Notes: generated by a model not told the origin, from the letters alone. 64,000 nt of DNA from an uncultured virus (IMG/VR IMGVR_UViG_3300048927_000758) (IMGVR_UViG_3300048927_000758); one strand, 5' to 3'. Positions 45,761 through 55,977 are shown, counted from the first letter of the stretch. Numbers and translations are program-made.

Positions 45761-48069
45761 TAATTTAATTCCTGCCATTCCATTAGCTCGGCCGGTGTTA
45801 ATCCTTTCGAAGGATGAATATTCACGGTGCCGATTTTTTTACTGTTATCAATTGTGGTTTCCGTCTTGGTATTGATTTCCTTTTTCAATCCGCCACGCTC
45901 CACGCCTTTTACCGTTCCCCCCGTCAGAATATCGTTACCGATTGGCTGCGGCGGTTGCAGCACCGGGTTTTTATTTCCCGCCCCACTGATTTGATTCGTC
46001 ACGCCGTTAAACCCTGGCGGCATGGCCGCAGAGGCATTGGCCACAGAATTTGGCATCGTATTCGCGGGTGGCATGCCTTTTGGCGTAACCGTCACGGGGA
46101 CTTCTTTCAGCTCAATATTGACGCCGGGAATATTATTTAACTTCTCAACAATCCAGTTGTACGTCCCGGTAAACGAAGCTTTGAGCGAATCCCACAGCTT
46201 ACCGAATACGTTTCCGATCACGCTGGCAATCTTTTCAAAAGACTCCACCGGCGAATTGATATCAAAGGATTTCACGACATCAATCCAACCGTCGCGCACG
46301 ATCTTGAACATATCCACCATCCCGCCGATCGCCCGAAACACCAGCTCAAGCGGGATCAGAATGATGTTGATAGCCGCTGCCACCAGCCGCCCGAACGTTT
46401 CGCCCGCGCTGGTGACGTTCGTCAGTTGCCCCTGCGTCATTTGGATCGGGGTCAGCAGGTCACCGAACCAGCCCACTAATGTTTTTACGCTGTCCCACAC
46501 CCAGCCAATTGCCTTGCCAATCCCGGAAAACAGCCCGCTGAAAGGGGTCAGCGCACCGGCCGCCTGGCCGAACCCGCTGATAAATCCGCTCACAAAGGCT
46601 TTGATAGGCTGCCAGAACTTGATCACCGCAATGACCACCGCCGCAATAGCGAGCGCAATCGCCGCCACCGGCGCAATCATCAGCAAGAATGACGCGGAAC
46701 CTATGCGGGCGGCCATACTGGCGGCCAGCAAGGTGACGCGCAGGCCACGTAACCCGGCGCTAAACAGCTGCGTCACGGCATTACTGGCCACCATCGCCAC
46801 GCGGTTAAGCCCTAACAGCCTGGCCATCGGTGACAGCAGGCGCGTGACGCCCATCATCACGAACCCGTGAACGCCCATCACAATATTGGCGATAGCCCCC
46901 ACGGCCGCAAAACTCAGCAACGCCACGGTGGCATAACCAATCACGCGGGCAATATTGGGGAACAACCGCATCCAGCGCGTCAGCTTTTCGCCACCGTCCG
47001 CGATTTTGTTGACCAGCGGATACAGCACCGGCAACAGCGTGGAGCCAATCGCGGCACGCATGGCAAACCAGATCGCCGTCAGCCTGTCCCAGGGGCGCGT
47101 CATTTTCTCGGCCATCTCCGTGGCTCGTTTCATGCCATCATTGCTGCCCAGCTCGGTGATATTGCGTTTCAGCAGATCAACGTTGCCGTACAGCTGTTTA
47201 ATCACCGCCGCGCTGTCACCAAAGGCGGCGTCTAATTCTCCCTGTGCCTTGAGATTGCCCTCGATGCTCTGACCGTATTTGCCCTGGAGTTTTTCCAGCA
47301 TGGCGGGCATGGACAGCATTTTTCCCTGGGCATCCTGAAAACTCAGCCCCAACTTTTGCGCACCGGCTGCGGCACCGCTTAAGAACCCTTCATAAGAGCC
47401 GCTCGCTTCCGTGCCTAATGAGCGTTGCAGCTCACCCAACACGGCCAGCTGTTCATCCATCCCCACGCCATAGTTGGAACCGACACCCCGCGCCCCTTCC
47501 ATCAGGTCTTTAATGGTGGCCATGTCCGTGCCGAACTGGTTTTTCATGTAGGCCATTTTGCCTGCCAGTTCTTCCGCGAACTGCACTTTGCCCACCTCGG
47601 CAGCGTAGCCGCTGAACTGGGTAAACATCTGCCCCATGAATTCCGACGCTTCCCCGGCCGTGCTTTTCAGCGCCTTGGCGGCGGTATTGGCCACCACCGT
47701 GACGCGGGGCAATTCGGCGTTTATCAGCCCGGCCACGGCGGCGTTGATTTCGGCGGAGGATTTGACAAACTCCACCGCCGATTCCCCGTATCGGACGCTG
47801 AATTTCAGGGCGTCGTCTGTGACTTTGGCCAGCGCATCATCACTAATACCGCGTGCGCTGGCTTCCTGCATGGCGTCAAACATCTGAATGGCCGGATCCA
47901 GCGCGCCTGTGATTGACGCACCCACGCCCCACAGCGCAGCCGCACCGATGGCCACTTTGCCAAAGGCGGCCGCACTTTCCTGGGCGAACCCGCTTACAGA
48001 GGATTGCACCTGGCGAAGGGGGCGCGTCATGTTGTCAATTAAACTGAGTGTAAAATCTAAATCAGCCAT
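45760..48069 (-). CDS. Tail tape measure protein
   Basis: 769 aa, LDFTLSLID..TRPL start, Ala/Gly-rich with hydrophobic segments. Confidence 0.9.
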   Translation of the reverse strand: MADLDFTLSLIDNMTRPLRQVQSSVSGFAQESAAAFGKVAIGAAALWGVGASITGALDPAIQMFDAMQEASARGISDDALAKVTDDALKFSVRYGESAVEFVKSSAEINAAVAGLINAELPRVTVVANTAAKALKSTAGEASEFMGQMFTQFSGYAAEVGKVQFAEELAGKMAYMKNQFGTDMATIKDLMEGARGVGSNYGVGMDEQLAVLGELQRSLGTEASGSYEGFLSGAAAGAQKLGLSFQDAQGKMLSMPAMLEKLQGKYGQSIEGNLKAQGELDAAFGDSAAVIKQLYGNVDLLKRNITELGSNDGMKRATEMAEKMTRPWDRLTAIWFAMRAAIGSTLLPVLYPLVNKIADGGEKLTRWMRLFPNIARVIGYATVALLSFAAVGAIANIVMGVHGFVMMGVTRLLSPMARLLGLNRVAMVASNAVTQLFSAGLRGLRVTLLAASMAARIGSASFLLMIAPVAAIALAIAAVVIAVIKFWQPIKAFVSGFISGFGQAAGALTPFSGLFSGIGKAIGWVWDSVKTLVGWFGDLLTPIQMTQGQLTNVTSAGETFGRLVAAAINIILIPLELVFRAIGGMVDMFKIVRDGWIDVVKSFDINSPVESFEKIASVIGNVFGKLWDSLKASFTGTYNWIVEKLNNIPGVNIELKEVPVTVTPKGMPPANTMPNSVANASAAMPPGFNGVTNQISGAGNKNPVLQPPQPIGNDILTGGTVKGVERGGLKKEINTKTETTIDNSKKIGTVNIHPSKGLTPAELMEWQELN

Positions 48070-48266
48070 TATTCGCCTTTAAATGCCAGGGCAATGCCAT
48101 TTGCGACAGCTATGCGTTGATTCTCCCAATGCCGGTTATCCAGCCACACGGCACGGGCTAAGTTTTCGGGGTCGTCATTTTCATGCGGTAAATAATGGCG
48201 GCGCAAAATCAGATATTGTTCCAGCCCATTATTTTCAATTGCGCGTACCCGCGCCGTTAGTTTTTT
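48069..48266 (-). CDS. Chaperone C-terminal extension reached by predicted -1 frameshift
   Basis: A AAA AAC slippery site at 48266-48260; -1 frame is open (…RVRAIENNGLEQYLILRRHYLP…AFKGE) to a stop overlapping the TMP start. Confidence 0.7.
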   Translation of the reverse strand, partial: KKLTARVRAIENNGLEQYLILRRHYLPHENDDPENLARAVWLDNRHWENQRIAVANGIALAFKGE

Positions 48267-48514
48267 AGTTCAATCTCTAATTTCGGCGCGAACTGGTCAT
48301 TCACGAAACTGCAAATTTGCAGGGCAGAACCGGGAATATCCAAAATGGTATCCAGCGCTTCTTTGCACTCAACGTGAACAATGCGGCGCAGGTAGTTATT
48401 TGCCGGTGCCACTTTATTATCCATTGCCATTTCGTTAATGAATTTATTGTAGGCGGTGGCGTTGGGTTCAAAGGTCAGCGTAGTGCCGTTTACAGCCATC
48501 GTAATTTTGCTCAT
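48257..48514 (-). CDS. Tail assembly chaperone
   Basis: F.P...AYNKFINEM..DNKVAPA.NYL; upstream of TMP. Confidence 0.78.
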   Translation of the reverse strand: MSKITMAVNGTTLTFEPNATAYNKFINEMAMDNKVAPANNYLRRIVHVECKEALDTILDIPGSALQICSFVNDQFAPKLEIELKN

Positions 48515-48801
48515 TGTTTTATTTCCTTCCGTTGGTTTATTTCATCGACTAATTGATTATGACGTGCCGCACAGTCTGAATATTGCGGCGTTAAGAGTAA
48601 TAAAGGTTCGGTAATGTCTTTACCCGTTACCCCATTAATGCGCGGGAGTTTTACTGGGCATTTGGTTAACAGATTTTCCTGATAAGGCACGTTCGGCTTT
48701 GTCGGCAGCGGCGTTGTACAGGCTGACAAAATCAGCAGACACGCACACGTTAGTAAAAACCGGCTTAACCACTTCCGTGCGGATTTCCACAGGCTGCGCA
48801 T
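48511..48801 (-). CDS. Outer-membrane spanin-like lipoprotein
   Basis: Lipobox LSAC, Pro-rich, Y.DCAARHNQLV; overlaps the i-spanin gene. Confidence 0.72.
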   Translation of the reverse strand: MRSLWKSARKWLSRFLLTCACLLILSACTTPLPTKPNVPYQENLLTKCPVKLPRINGVTGKDITEPLLLLTPQYSDCAARHNQLVDEINQRKEIKQ

Positions 48802-49009
48802 TTCGCAATGCCTCCAATGTATTTTCCAGCTTGCGGCCGGATTCACTGGCCACCTTCTCACCGGCCACGCGGGAGGCTTCCCCCGCCGCGTGTGCGGTAT
48901 TGGTGATCATCAATTCCACGCTATCGCTGTACCAGGCATTAACCTTCCAGCCCGCTGCGAACGCGGCCAACAACGCCAGGACGGCAATCACCAGCGGCTT
49001 GCCCATCAT
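48635..49009 (-). CDS. Inner-membrane spanin-like protein
   Basis: N-terminal TM (LVIAVLALLAAFAAGWKV); follows the endolysin. Confidence 0.72.
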   Translation of the reverse strand: MMGKPLVIAVLALLAAFAAGWKVNAWYSDSVELMITNTAHAAGEASRVAGEKVASESGRKLENTLEALRNAQPVEIRTEVVKPVFTNVCVSADFVSLYNAAADKAERALSGKSVNQMPSKTPAH

Positions 49010-49347
49010 TTCACCCCGTTGTGTTCCAGGCTGAAATGGTTGCCATCCGGGCGGGTTTTGAATCGCCCTCCCCACACGCCGCCCAGGGATTCCCAATATT
49101 CCCCGAGCGGTTTATAGGCTTCGGTCTGGGTCTGGTATTGGCCGTTGATGAACAAATTAAAATCCATCGCCAGACGCTGCGTGTGTAAGCTATTGGCAAT
49201 GCCCGCGCCGCTTTTGGCATTGAGTTTGGCCTGTTCCGGCGTGCGGTAGGCTTCACCAAAGGTCAGCCGGTAACCATGATTGCCTGCCCACTCGATCAGC
49301 TGGCCAATCAGCTGCACAAACAATTGCTGCTTTTCGCTTAATGTCAT
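49006..49347 (-). CDS. Endolysin, M15-family zinc peptidase
   Basis: EAYRTPEQ, SLH..RLA.D, WGG.F...DGNHFS. Confidence 0.88.
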   Translation of the reverse strand: MTLSEKQQLFVQLIGQLIEWAGNHGYRLTFGEAYRTPEQAKLNAKSGAGIANSLHTQRLAMDFNLFINGQYQTQTEAYKPLGEYWESLGGVWGGRFKTRPDGNHFSLEHNGVK

Positions 49348-49640
49348 TTCAGTTTTCCTTTCCCTGATAAATAACGACTTCCCTTTTTGCGTAGCCAGAT
49401 TTCAACGGCCTGGTGGCCAATAATCCCCAGCGCGGCACCCAATCCGGCAATGGCCACCGGCGAAATATCCGGGATCCAAATCAGCGCCGCCGCTGCCACC
49501 ATTGAGGTGGCCGAACCCAGGATAATGCGGCCAAAAAACAGCTTTCCGGTCATGGGTTCACTGCTCACTAGCATCTGTCCCAGGGCGATAAGTGCGCCCA
49601 GCAGGATCAGGCTTAAAATACTTTTTTCGTGCTCTTGCAT
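49344..49640 (-). CDS. Holin
   Basis: 98 aa, three hydrophobic segments and a basic C-tail; upstream of the endolysin. Confidence 0.82.
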   Translation of the reverse strand: MQEHEKSILSLILLGALIALGQMLVSSEPMTGKLFFGRIILGSATSMVAAAALIWIPDISPVAIAGLGAALGIIGHQAVEIWLRKKGSRYLSGKGKLK

Positions 49641-49653
49641 CCGTGCAATGTCC

Positions 49654-50106
49654 TTATCCGATCAGGTTGCGCGTATCTTCATCTTCCAGATACGGCACGC
49701 CGTTAATGCGCACAAACTGCGGGCTTGTGACCATGTACTTAATTTTATGGCTCAGCGTACTGCCGCCCTTCGGATCGTTATCCAGCAGGTTGCTCACCAC
49801 CAGCTTGCAGCCAAAGGCTTCAATCTTCAGCTCTTCATTACCGGCCTTGGCATAGAACATCAGATCCACCGGGTCGATACCGCGCCACGAACCGGCACGG
49901 CGTGCAATGGCGGTCAGCTGCGTAAGCACTTTTGTAGAGATTTCAATCTCACCCTCGGCCGCCACATCCCCGGACACATGGCCATCAGGCACGCCCTGAG
50001 TGGACGCCGCCGCCGTGTTATCCGTGATATCCAAACTGACCTTTTCAATGTGGATCAGGTCACCGTCAATTCGCACATCGGTGGACTGGCCTGAAATACG
50101 TTTCAT
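49654..50106 (-). CDS. Tail tube protein (DUF2597-like)
   Basis: KRISG...GVPDG.V.GDV.AEGE...VTSP.FVRINGVPYL. Confidence 0.8.
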   Translation of the reverse strand: MKRISGQSTDVRIDGDLIHIEKVSLDITDNTAAASTQGVPDGHVSGDVAAEGEIEISTKVLTQLTAIARRAGSWRGIDPVDLMFYAKAGNEELKIEAFGCKLVVSNLLDNDPKGGSTLSHKIKYMVTSPQFVRINGVPYLEDEDTRNLIG

Positions 50107-50108
50107 CG

Positions 50109-51236
50109 TTAATTACTCCCTGTCAGGCTGGTATCCAGCAACAAGCTCACCGTGATGCCTTTCGGGCATTCATACGGACGGATCACGATGTAAATCGCCA
50201 CTTTGGTGGCTGACTGCCAGGTGATCGTCACATCATCATCCTTCGGCGGCTTCACTTCGCCAGGGAAGGTGATGCCGTTAATCTGACTGGCCACCGACAT
50301 TTCACGCAGCACCTTGGCAAAAAGTGCCTGGTGGGCGGCAATGCTGGACGGCGTGCTGTTTAACGAACGGTCTGCGATTTTGGCAATCGCCTGCAAACGC
50401 ACGCGACGGGCGGCCTTATCGGCGATACGCAGGTACTCAATCGCCTGGTAATCCCCCCCTTCCGCGTCCAGCGTCAATCCATCCGCCCAGTAATATCCGT
50501 CATAGTCGGGATACCACATCGGCACGCTGAAACGCTGCGCCTGCAAGGCTTGCAGGGTGGCCAGATCCAGCGCTGCCCCTTTGCCGTCCACCGGCATTTC
50601 ATCCCTGCCCAGGGAGACCAGCGCACCGGTTTTCACCCGCGCCGGGCTGTCAGCCACGGTCACCGCACGACTACACAGGCGGCCAGCCAGCACGCCAGGC
50701 TCATTACCAAATAAACGCGGCACAAGCTGCACTGACGGGGCAGAAATCTGCGCCTGTAAGGCCACCATGCGAACCAAATATTCCGCCCAATCTTCCTCGG
50801 CCTGCGGTGCCTGCACGGAAAGAATGAACCAGTTCCAGCGTGAGAAGCTGGCCAGCAATTTGGCGCGCAGCTCTGCCGCCTTGTTGATAGGCGTTTTCGT
50901 GGCGATATCGTCCAGTAACACCACACCTTCAACAGAGCAAAGGGATTGCGCGGCCAGCACCGCATCCGCCCAGGCACTTTCCCCGGCATCATCCGCCAGC
51001 ACATGCACGTAACCGCTCCAGTTGGATCCGGCGTTGAGCATGGCAGCAAGGACATTACTTTTTAAAACGCTGTCTTCTGCGCCCAGCAGCGCATCAAAAT
51101 TACTTTGGGTATTCACCGCCAGCGTTTTACCGGCGTTGATTGTCCCCGTACCGACATAGAGCACCACGCGCTCAATCTCGTTTGTTTCACCCTGTAGCTG
51201 ATTGACCTGATTTACATCGACCGTTGGCCACCCCAT
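50109..51236 (-). CDS. Tail sheath protein (DUF2586-like)
   Basis: WPTVDVNQVNQLQG...GVLAGRLC...ADSPARVKTG...RPYECPKGI. Confidence 0.82.
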   Translation of the reverse strand: MGWPTVDVNQVNQLQGETNEIERVVLYVGTGTINAGKTLAVNTQSNFDALLGAEDSVLKSNVLAAMLNAGSNWSGYVHVLADDAGESAWADAVLAAQSLCSVEGVVLLDDIATKTPINKAAELRAKLLASFSRWNWFILSVQAPQAEEDWAEYLVRMVALQAQISAPSVQLVPRLFGNEPGVLAGRLCSRAVTVADSPARVKTGALVSLGRDEMPVDGKGAALDLATLQALQAQRFSVPMWYPDYDGYYWADGLTLDAEGGDYQAIEYLRIADKAARRVRLQAIAKIADRSLNSTPSSIAAHQALFAKVLREMSVASQINGITFPGEVKPPKDDDVTITWQSATKVAIYIVIRPYECPKGITVSLLLDTSLTGSN

Positions 51237-51245
51237 AACTTCCCC

Positions 51246-51935
51246 TTAGTGTCCTGCGTCTGCGCCAAATCCGATGCCCTGGAGTTGCCGCGCTAACGCT
51301 TTATTAAAATCGTCTTCCGTGATACCCAAGAAAGGACGTGATGGAACATCGACCGACCAGGACGCTTTTGCCGCTTTCCCCGATAATTTCCGGATCAACA
51401 GCCCGGCTTTGGCCATCGTCATACCTTCCTGAATTTCTTTAAACGGCGGCTTTCGCCAGCGCCTAACCTTTTTGACTTTGTACCCCAGCGCCCGCAGGCG
51501 TTTGGCCTGTCTAAGGCTTGCGGGCAAACTTTCCGCCCTCCCTTTTCGCTCCACCTGGCGACGACTGATCGTGACACTCATGCCGTTTTGATGGGCATAT
51601 CCCACCGTTCCGGCAGTCACAGCCTTTTTTCCGTTATGGTATCCGCCGCCGCTCAGGTAAATACGTACCCCGTCGATTTCCGGCATTTCCCGGATATGCA
51701 GCAGCTTTGGCATGTTGCGCAGCATCTTGCCTTTGCGCTTCGTCTGGCGTCCCTGCCATTTCTGGCCATCCGGGCTGGCTTGGTTTCGAATGTTGCGTTT
51801 AGCAGCCGGGATCAATCCGTATTTCCCCAGCCGCCACAGCAGTCGTTTACGCTTGGCCGGGGGCAATTCCAGGCTGGCCAGCTTTTTGCGCACCGCCTTA
51901 AGCTGCGCCCGGTCTAACTCACCCCGGATAATCAT
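51246..51935 (-). CDS. Virion morphogenesis protein (gpS-like)
   Basis: Basic protein; NIRNQ.SPDG.KW..R, PSRPFLG. Confidence 0.78.
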   Translation of the reverse strand: MIIRGELDRAQLKAVRKKLASLELPPAKRKRLLWRLGKYGLIPAAKRNIRNQASPDGQKWQGRQTKRKGKMLRNMPKLLHIREMPEIDGVRIYLSGGGYHNGKKAVTAGTVGYAHQNGMSVTISRRQVERKGRAESLPASLRQAKRLRALGYKVKKVRRWRKPPFKEIQEGMTMAKAGLLIRKLSGKAAKASWSVDVPSRPFLGITEDDFNKALARQLQGIGFGADAGH

Positions 51936-52438
51936 TTTTCACTGCCAAGCGGTACACCCTGTTCATCAACGCCATACACCACGGCCTCACTGGCAAACCA
52001 AACAGTGGGATCAGCAAGTCGCCATTGCTCCCCGTCCAGGGGAATATTGCCGTTGTCGTCCTTCACCAGGTTTAACGCTTCCACCATCGGCAACGTGATC
52101 ACCACCACAGCGGTTTCCTCATCCACCAGATCGATATCAAAATCAGGCAACTCGGTGTCTATGCCGAATTCTTCAAACAGTTCCCGGTCAGATTCCATCA
52201 ACCACACCAGCAGCAGCGCCGCCAGGTTGCGCGGGTCATACAGCCGGTACGGGAATCTGTCCCAGGCTAAAACCGCGTTGTAACGGATTACCGCCAGGCG
52301 GTACTGTTCCAGCCCTAAATCCCGTTGCGCGGGGATAAAACTCAGTTCATCCATATAGCTGGAAAAACCTGCCCCCTTGAACGTCCTGGCGGGCATACTT
52401 TGGGTGACGAACGTACTCAGTGCATCTAACTGGCTCAT
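51932..52438 (-). CDS. Tail completion protein (gpR-like)
   Basis: Acidic 168 aa; W.RFPYR...WL; synteny between L-like and S-like genes. Confidence 0.7.
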   Translation of the reverse strand: MSQLDALSTFVTQSMPARTFKGAGFSSYMDELSFIPAQRDLGLEQYRLAVIRYNAVLAWDRFPYRLYDPRNLAALLLVWLMESDRELFEEFGIDTELPDFDIDLVDEETAVVVITLPMVEALNLVKDDNGNIPLDGEQWRLADPTVWFASEAVVYGVDEQGVPLGSEK

Positions 52439-52887
52439 ATCTTCCTTACCGTCACGCGGCGCAATCCTTTGATTGCCCGGATGATGATCGAACCCTCAGC
52501 CAATAACCCGGCGCGGGTTTCTTCACTTTCCTGCCCTGGGTGCGACTCCCTGCGCCCCTGGCTTGCGAACTCTGCGATCAAATCGGCCTTTGCGCGGGCA
52601 AACACTGCTTTTTTATAACGAGCACAAAGCAGGTTTTCGCCAGGGCGACCGATACCCGGCACCGCGCTGGCCTGGCCATATCCCTTGGCCAAGTAACCAT
52701 CCTGGACGGTCTGCAACAGGTCATTCACTTCCCCGGCCGCCGTCAGCAGCGCCGTGGCTACTGTCCCGGCGTCTACATCGGCGGGGATGCTGCGCTGTTC
52801 CTGGAAATCCGCCAGATTCAAATCTGGCCAAAATCCGTCATTCGTTAACGGTTCATCCTGGTAATCAATCGGCGTTCCGCTAAACAT
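52435..52887 (-). CDS. Head completion protein (gpL-like)
   Basis: NDGFWPDL...YKKAVFARAKA; start trimmed to MFSG. Confidence 0.85.
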   Translation of the reverse strand: MFSGTPIDYQDEPLTNDGFWPDLNLADFQEQRSIPADVDAGTVATALLTAAGEVNDLLQTVQDGYLAKGYGQASAVPGIGRPGENLLCARYKKAVFARAKADLIAEFASQGRRESHPGQESEETRAGLLAEGSIIIRAIKGLRRVTVRKI

Positions 52888-52980
52888 AAAATTCTCCGTA
52901 AGAAACGGGCAGACCGGGATCCACGGTACATAACCCAAGGGTATTACCTTCCCCGCGCCCGTTCCGGCTTGCGGTAGTCT

Positions 52981-53172
52981 TTACTGAACCGGCGTTACCG
53001 GCTGAACTTCAGATTCATCAAACCAGCGATCAACGGCGCGGCCGTCAGCTGCCTGGTAATGAATCAAATAGGCAGGGCAATTATTGAGGTATTCTGCACG
53101 GCCTTTAACGTGACCTGTTTCACCGCTGACAGAAATCTTTACCGTCTGGCCTAAACCGTGTTTAAAACTCAT
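52981..53172 (-). CDS. Small hypothetical protein between M and L
   Basis: 63 aa, ATGA-coupled to the M stop; SH3-like pattern F..GQ.V....SGE.G.V..RAEY...WFDE. Confidence 0.7.
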   Translation of the reverse strand: MSFKHGLGQTVKISVSGETGHVKGRAEYLNNCPAYLIHYQAADGRAVDRWFDESEVQPVTPVQ

Positions 53173-53882
53173 TTCTTAGCTCCTGATTGCTTTTCTAAAT
53201 AACGGACGCGGGCGGCAATTTGTTTGCGCATCGTTCCCACGCCACACTGTGAATGCAGCTTTTCGGCCTTGGCCAGCAGCGCGTCCACGCTCTGCAACAG
53301 CCCCACATCCTCGGTGGCCGTGGCACGCGGCACGCCGTGTTCATCAAACAACTGACGCATACCGGCGAACTTGAACCACTTGGCCTGGATCACTTCATAC
53401 AGCTCCCACTTTTCCGCCACATCGGTAAACGTGCGGGAAAAATAAGGCTCAACAGGGTGGCCATCCCTGGCCTGTACTTCCGCCCATTTCAGGACGGTAT
53501 CCGCCACAAAGGTGGGGAAATTGCTTTTCAACTCTGGCGGGGTTTCCTGCCCCTGCTCGATGGCGATATCCGCCAGATTAAGCGCGGCGTCCATGTCGCC
53601 CACGTCAAAAAGCCAAATCACACACCATGCCAGGATCGGATTGCGGTACACCTCGCCGCCATTCAGGTACTTTTCTACGGTGGGCATCCATTTTGGTAAT
53701 AATTCATCACGCTTTAACGCCACCTTTTGCGCCAATGTCAGCCCGTGCAACCTGTCCACATCGTTGGCCAGCGCCGCACTCAGAACGTGCAAGCTGTCTG
53801 CCCCTTCCAGTGCCTGGCGTTGTCTTAACTTCGTTTCTGCCGCAATGCGGGCACTGTGTCGCTGCGCGGGTGACAGGCTCAT
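53169..53882 (-). CDS. Terminase small subunit (gpM-like)
   Basis: MSLSPAQRH...KRDELLPKW...VIWLFDVGD. Confidence 0.88.
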   Translation of the reverse strand: MSLSPAQRHSARIAAETKLRQRQALEGADSLHVLSAALANDVDRLHGLTLAQKVALKRDELLPKWMPTVEKYLNGGEVYRNPILAWCVIWLFDVGDMDAALNLADIAIEQGQETPPELKSNFPTFVADTVLKWAEVQARDGHPVEPYFSRTFTDVAEKWELYEVIQAKWFKFAGMRQLFDEHGVPRATATEDVGLLQSVDALLAKAEKLHSQCGVGTMRKQIAARVRYLEKQSGAKK

Positions 53883-53884
53883 GT

Positions 53885-54922
53885 TTACTCTCCGCCTACG
53901 GGTTCGGATGGCTCGGCAACGGTGCCGATGGTCACGGCGGATTCATCAATCGCCGCATACAGCTCCATTTCTTCGACGGCGTAACCTTCGTTACGCAGAT
54001 ATTTGTTTTCGTACTGCTTACGGTCTTCAACAAACTCCGCTTTACGCTGACGGGTATTACGCTGCGTATAGATATGCAGGTTCGCGAGCGTGGTCACCAC
54101 CATGCGTTTGCCCGGCATAAATGGCGGGATAATCGCCTGACGGCCTGCAATGGAGTCCTGCAACATCTGCGCGGCGATTTTTTCGCTCGGACGATCAGCC
54201 GCCTGGTACAGGCGATACTGTTCAGCCGCCACCAGGTCAGAACCGACCAACACCACCAGGCGCGGATCATTACGGAATTGCTGCGGAATTTTGGTGTTAA
54301 TAAGGTCTGACGCCATCGCATCCAGTGACTTGTAATCACCGTTCTGATCCAGCGTGACCGCATCAGTCATGATTTGTTTGCCGTCTTTATATTTGCGAAC
54401 AATTTCATGCCAACCAATATTCACATCTTCGCCGTTCGGGTTTTCTTTATAGTCAGTAGATTCCGCCACAGACTTACCGTTAAAGCCGATACGCAACATA
54501 TCCAGGGCAAAGGTCTGCGTGGTAAATGCGGTCACCATCTGGAAAAATTCTTCCTCAGAACCGGCATTTGCCCAGATTGAAAGCAGATCCCAACGCAGTG
54601 CGGCGCATGAGTCAGTTTCAACCAGCTTGTACTCGTTACCTGAAACGCCTACGTTGCGACGAAAACGCCCATCAGCAATACGGCCGGTATGCAGACCAGA
54701 CGCGCCCACGCTCACCACCTGGCCAGAAAGCTGGTCAACATCTGCAACGGTGATCCAGTTCAGGAAATCCGAACTTTCCAGCAGCGCATCACGCAGCTGC
54801 GTTTCCTTCGGATCAGACAGTGAGAAATAATTACTTTCCTCGCCACCGTCCAGACCGTTAGCCGCCGCAAGTCCCGCGCCGAATTGCTTTAAAAAGCCAC
54901 GCGCTTTTGCATTTAAAATCAT
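53885..54922 (-). CDS. Major capsid protein (P2 gpN family)
   Basis: FALDMLRIGFNG...NPNGEDVNIGW...LDAMASDL...PPFMPG. Confidence 0.94.
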   Translation of the reverse strand: MILNAKARGFLKQFGAGLAAANGLDGGEESNYFSLSDPKETQLRDALLESSDFLNWITVADVDQLSGQVVSVGASGLHTGRIADGRFRRNVGVSGNEYKLVETDSCAALRWDLLSIWANAGSEEEFFQMVTAFTTQTFALDMLRIGFNGKSVAESTDYKENPNGEDVNIGWHEIVRKYKDGKQIMTDAVTLDQNGDYKSLDAMASDLINTKIPQQFRNDPRLVVLVGSDLVAAEQYRLYQAADRPSEKIAAQMLQDSIAGRQAIIPPFMPGKRMVVTTLANLHIYTQRNTRQRKAEFVEDRKQYENKYLRNEGYAVEEMELYAAIDESAVTIGTVAEPSEPVGGE

Positions 54923-54987
54923 TATTTATTCATCCTTAATCGCTAATTAGCGGTTAATGTTTTCCCTGGCGAACGCCTTATAAATGC

Positions 54988-55827
54988 TTATAAGAACTGG
55001 AATGGTTTGCGTGAACCCTTCGGATTCTTACTCGGCAACGTGGTCACCTTTTTATCCAGCTTGCTGAACTTGCTGACGATATTTGGCAACTCTTCACGCA
55101 GGCGGGCAAATTCTTCCGTATCCACCACGTCTTTCACAGTTTCAACATCGCTCTGAATATCCGTCACGGTTGAATCCGTTGCTTCCGTTTTTGTTTCCAG
55201 CGCAGTGATACGAGATTCCAACGAAGCAACAACCTCGGCCAGCGCCTGTAATTTATCGCCGTCCTGCGGAGTTTCCTCCGGTGCCGGTGTTTCATCTTCA
55301 ATACTGAAAAGGCTGCGCCATTTCGATTTATTTTTGTCCTTCCCTGCCATGTTAATTTCCTTAACTTCGTTAATTACCAGCGGATTACTATTTCCGATAA
55401 AGTAATTGTCTTTCCGCTTATTAAATCGCATTCGCGTAGTGCCTACGCTTGCGGGTTCATCTGTAACGCCCAGCCCTTCAAGATAATAACGGCCGGTTCC
55501 GCGAAAGTTGCCATCAGGCGTTAACTCCACTGACGTGAATAAAAGCTTTCCGTTCCGATTCGCCTGTACCAGTTCAGTGGAAGGACACAACCGGGCATAG
55601 AGCTTTACTAATCCTGAGTCATCTTCGCTTGCCGCAACTTCCAGAACTTCACCGGCATTACCGCACCAGCGCTCATGCTCTGGCCAAAGCAGTGCGGTAT
55701 ACATATTTTTTGGGTCATATGTTTCCGCCGCGTCAATTAACATATCCCTGGTTAAAAAACGCTTATCAACCGTTTCCCCTTCGGTTGCGATACAGAGCCA
55801 ATTCGTCATTAAATGTGAATCTGACAT
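54988..55827 (-). CDS. Capsid scaffold/protease (gpO family)
   Basis: WLCIATEGETVD.R...WPEH...GLGVTDEPASVGT; start trimmed. Confidence 0.9.
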   Translation of the reverse strand: MSDSHLMTNWLCIATEGETVDKRFLTRDMLIDAAETYDPKNMYTALLWPEHERWCGNAGEVLEVAASEDDSGLVKLYARLCPSTELVQANRNGKLLFTSVELTPDGNFRGTGRYYLEGLGVTDEPASVGTTRMRFNKRKDNYFIGNSNPLVINEVKEINMAGKDKNKSKWRSLFSIEDETPAPEETPQDGDKLQALAEVVASLESRITALETKTEATDSTVTDIQSDVETVKDVVDTEEFARLREELPNIVSKFSKLDKKVTTLPSKNPKGSRKPFQFL

Positions 55828-55900
55828 ACCGGAATTAACCTCCGTTGTTTCCGTGGAATGCAGTATCGCCAATAATTAACCCTGCCGCATTAAGCAGAAT

Positions 55901-55922
55901 TCGGATATAACCCTATATCCGA
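55901..55922. promoter_or_regulatory. Palindrome between divergent O and P genes, likely late-activator site
   Basis: TCGGATATA-ACCC-TATATCCGA. Confidence 0.55.
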
Positions 55923-55977
55923 TTGCATCAGATATTTACTTAACGAAATAGCCGAAACATCCCCGCATAATTGCCGA

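Noticed and set aside
37732..55838. Many + strand ORFs overlapping prophage 2 structural genes (e.g. 46022-46870, 49387-50094, 53627-54310)
   Set aside because: Same antisense shadow pattern.
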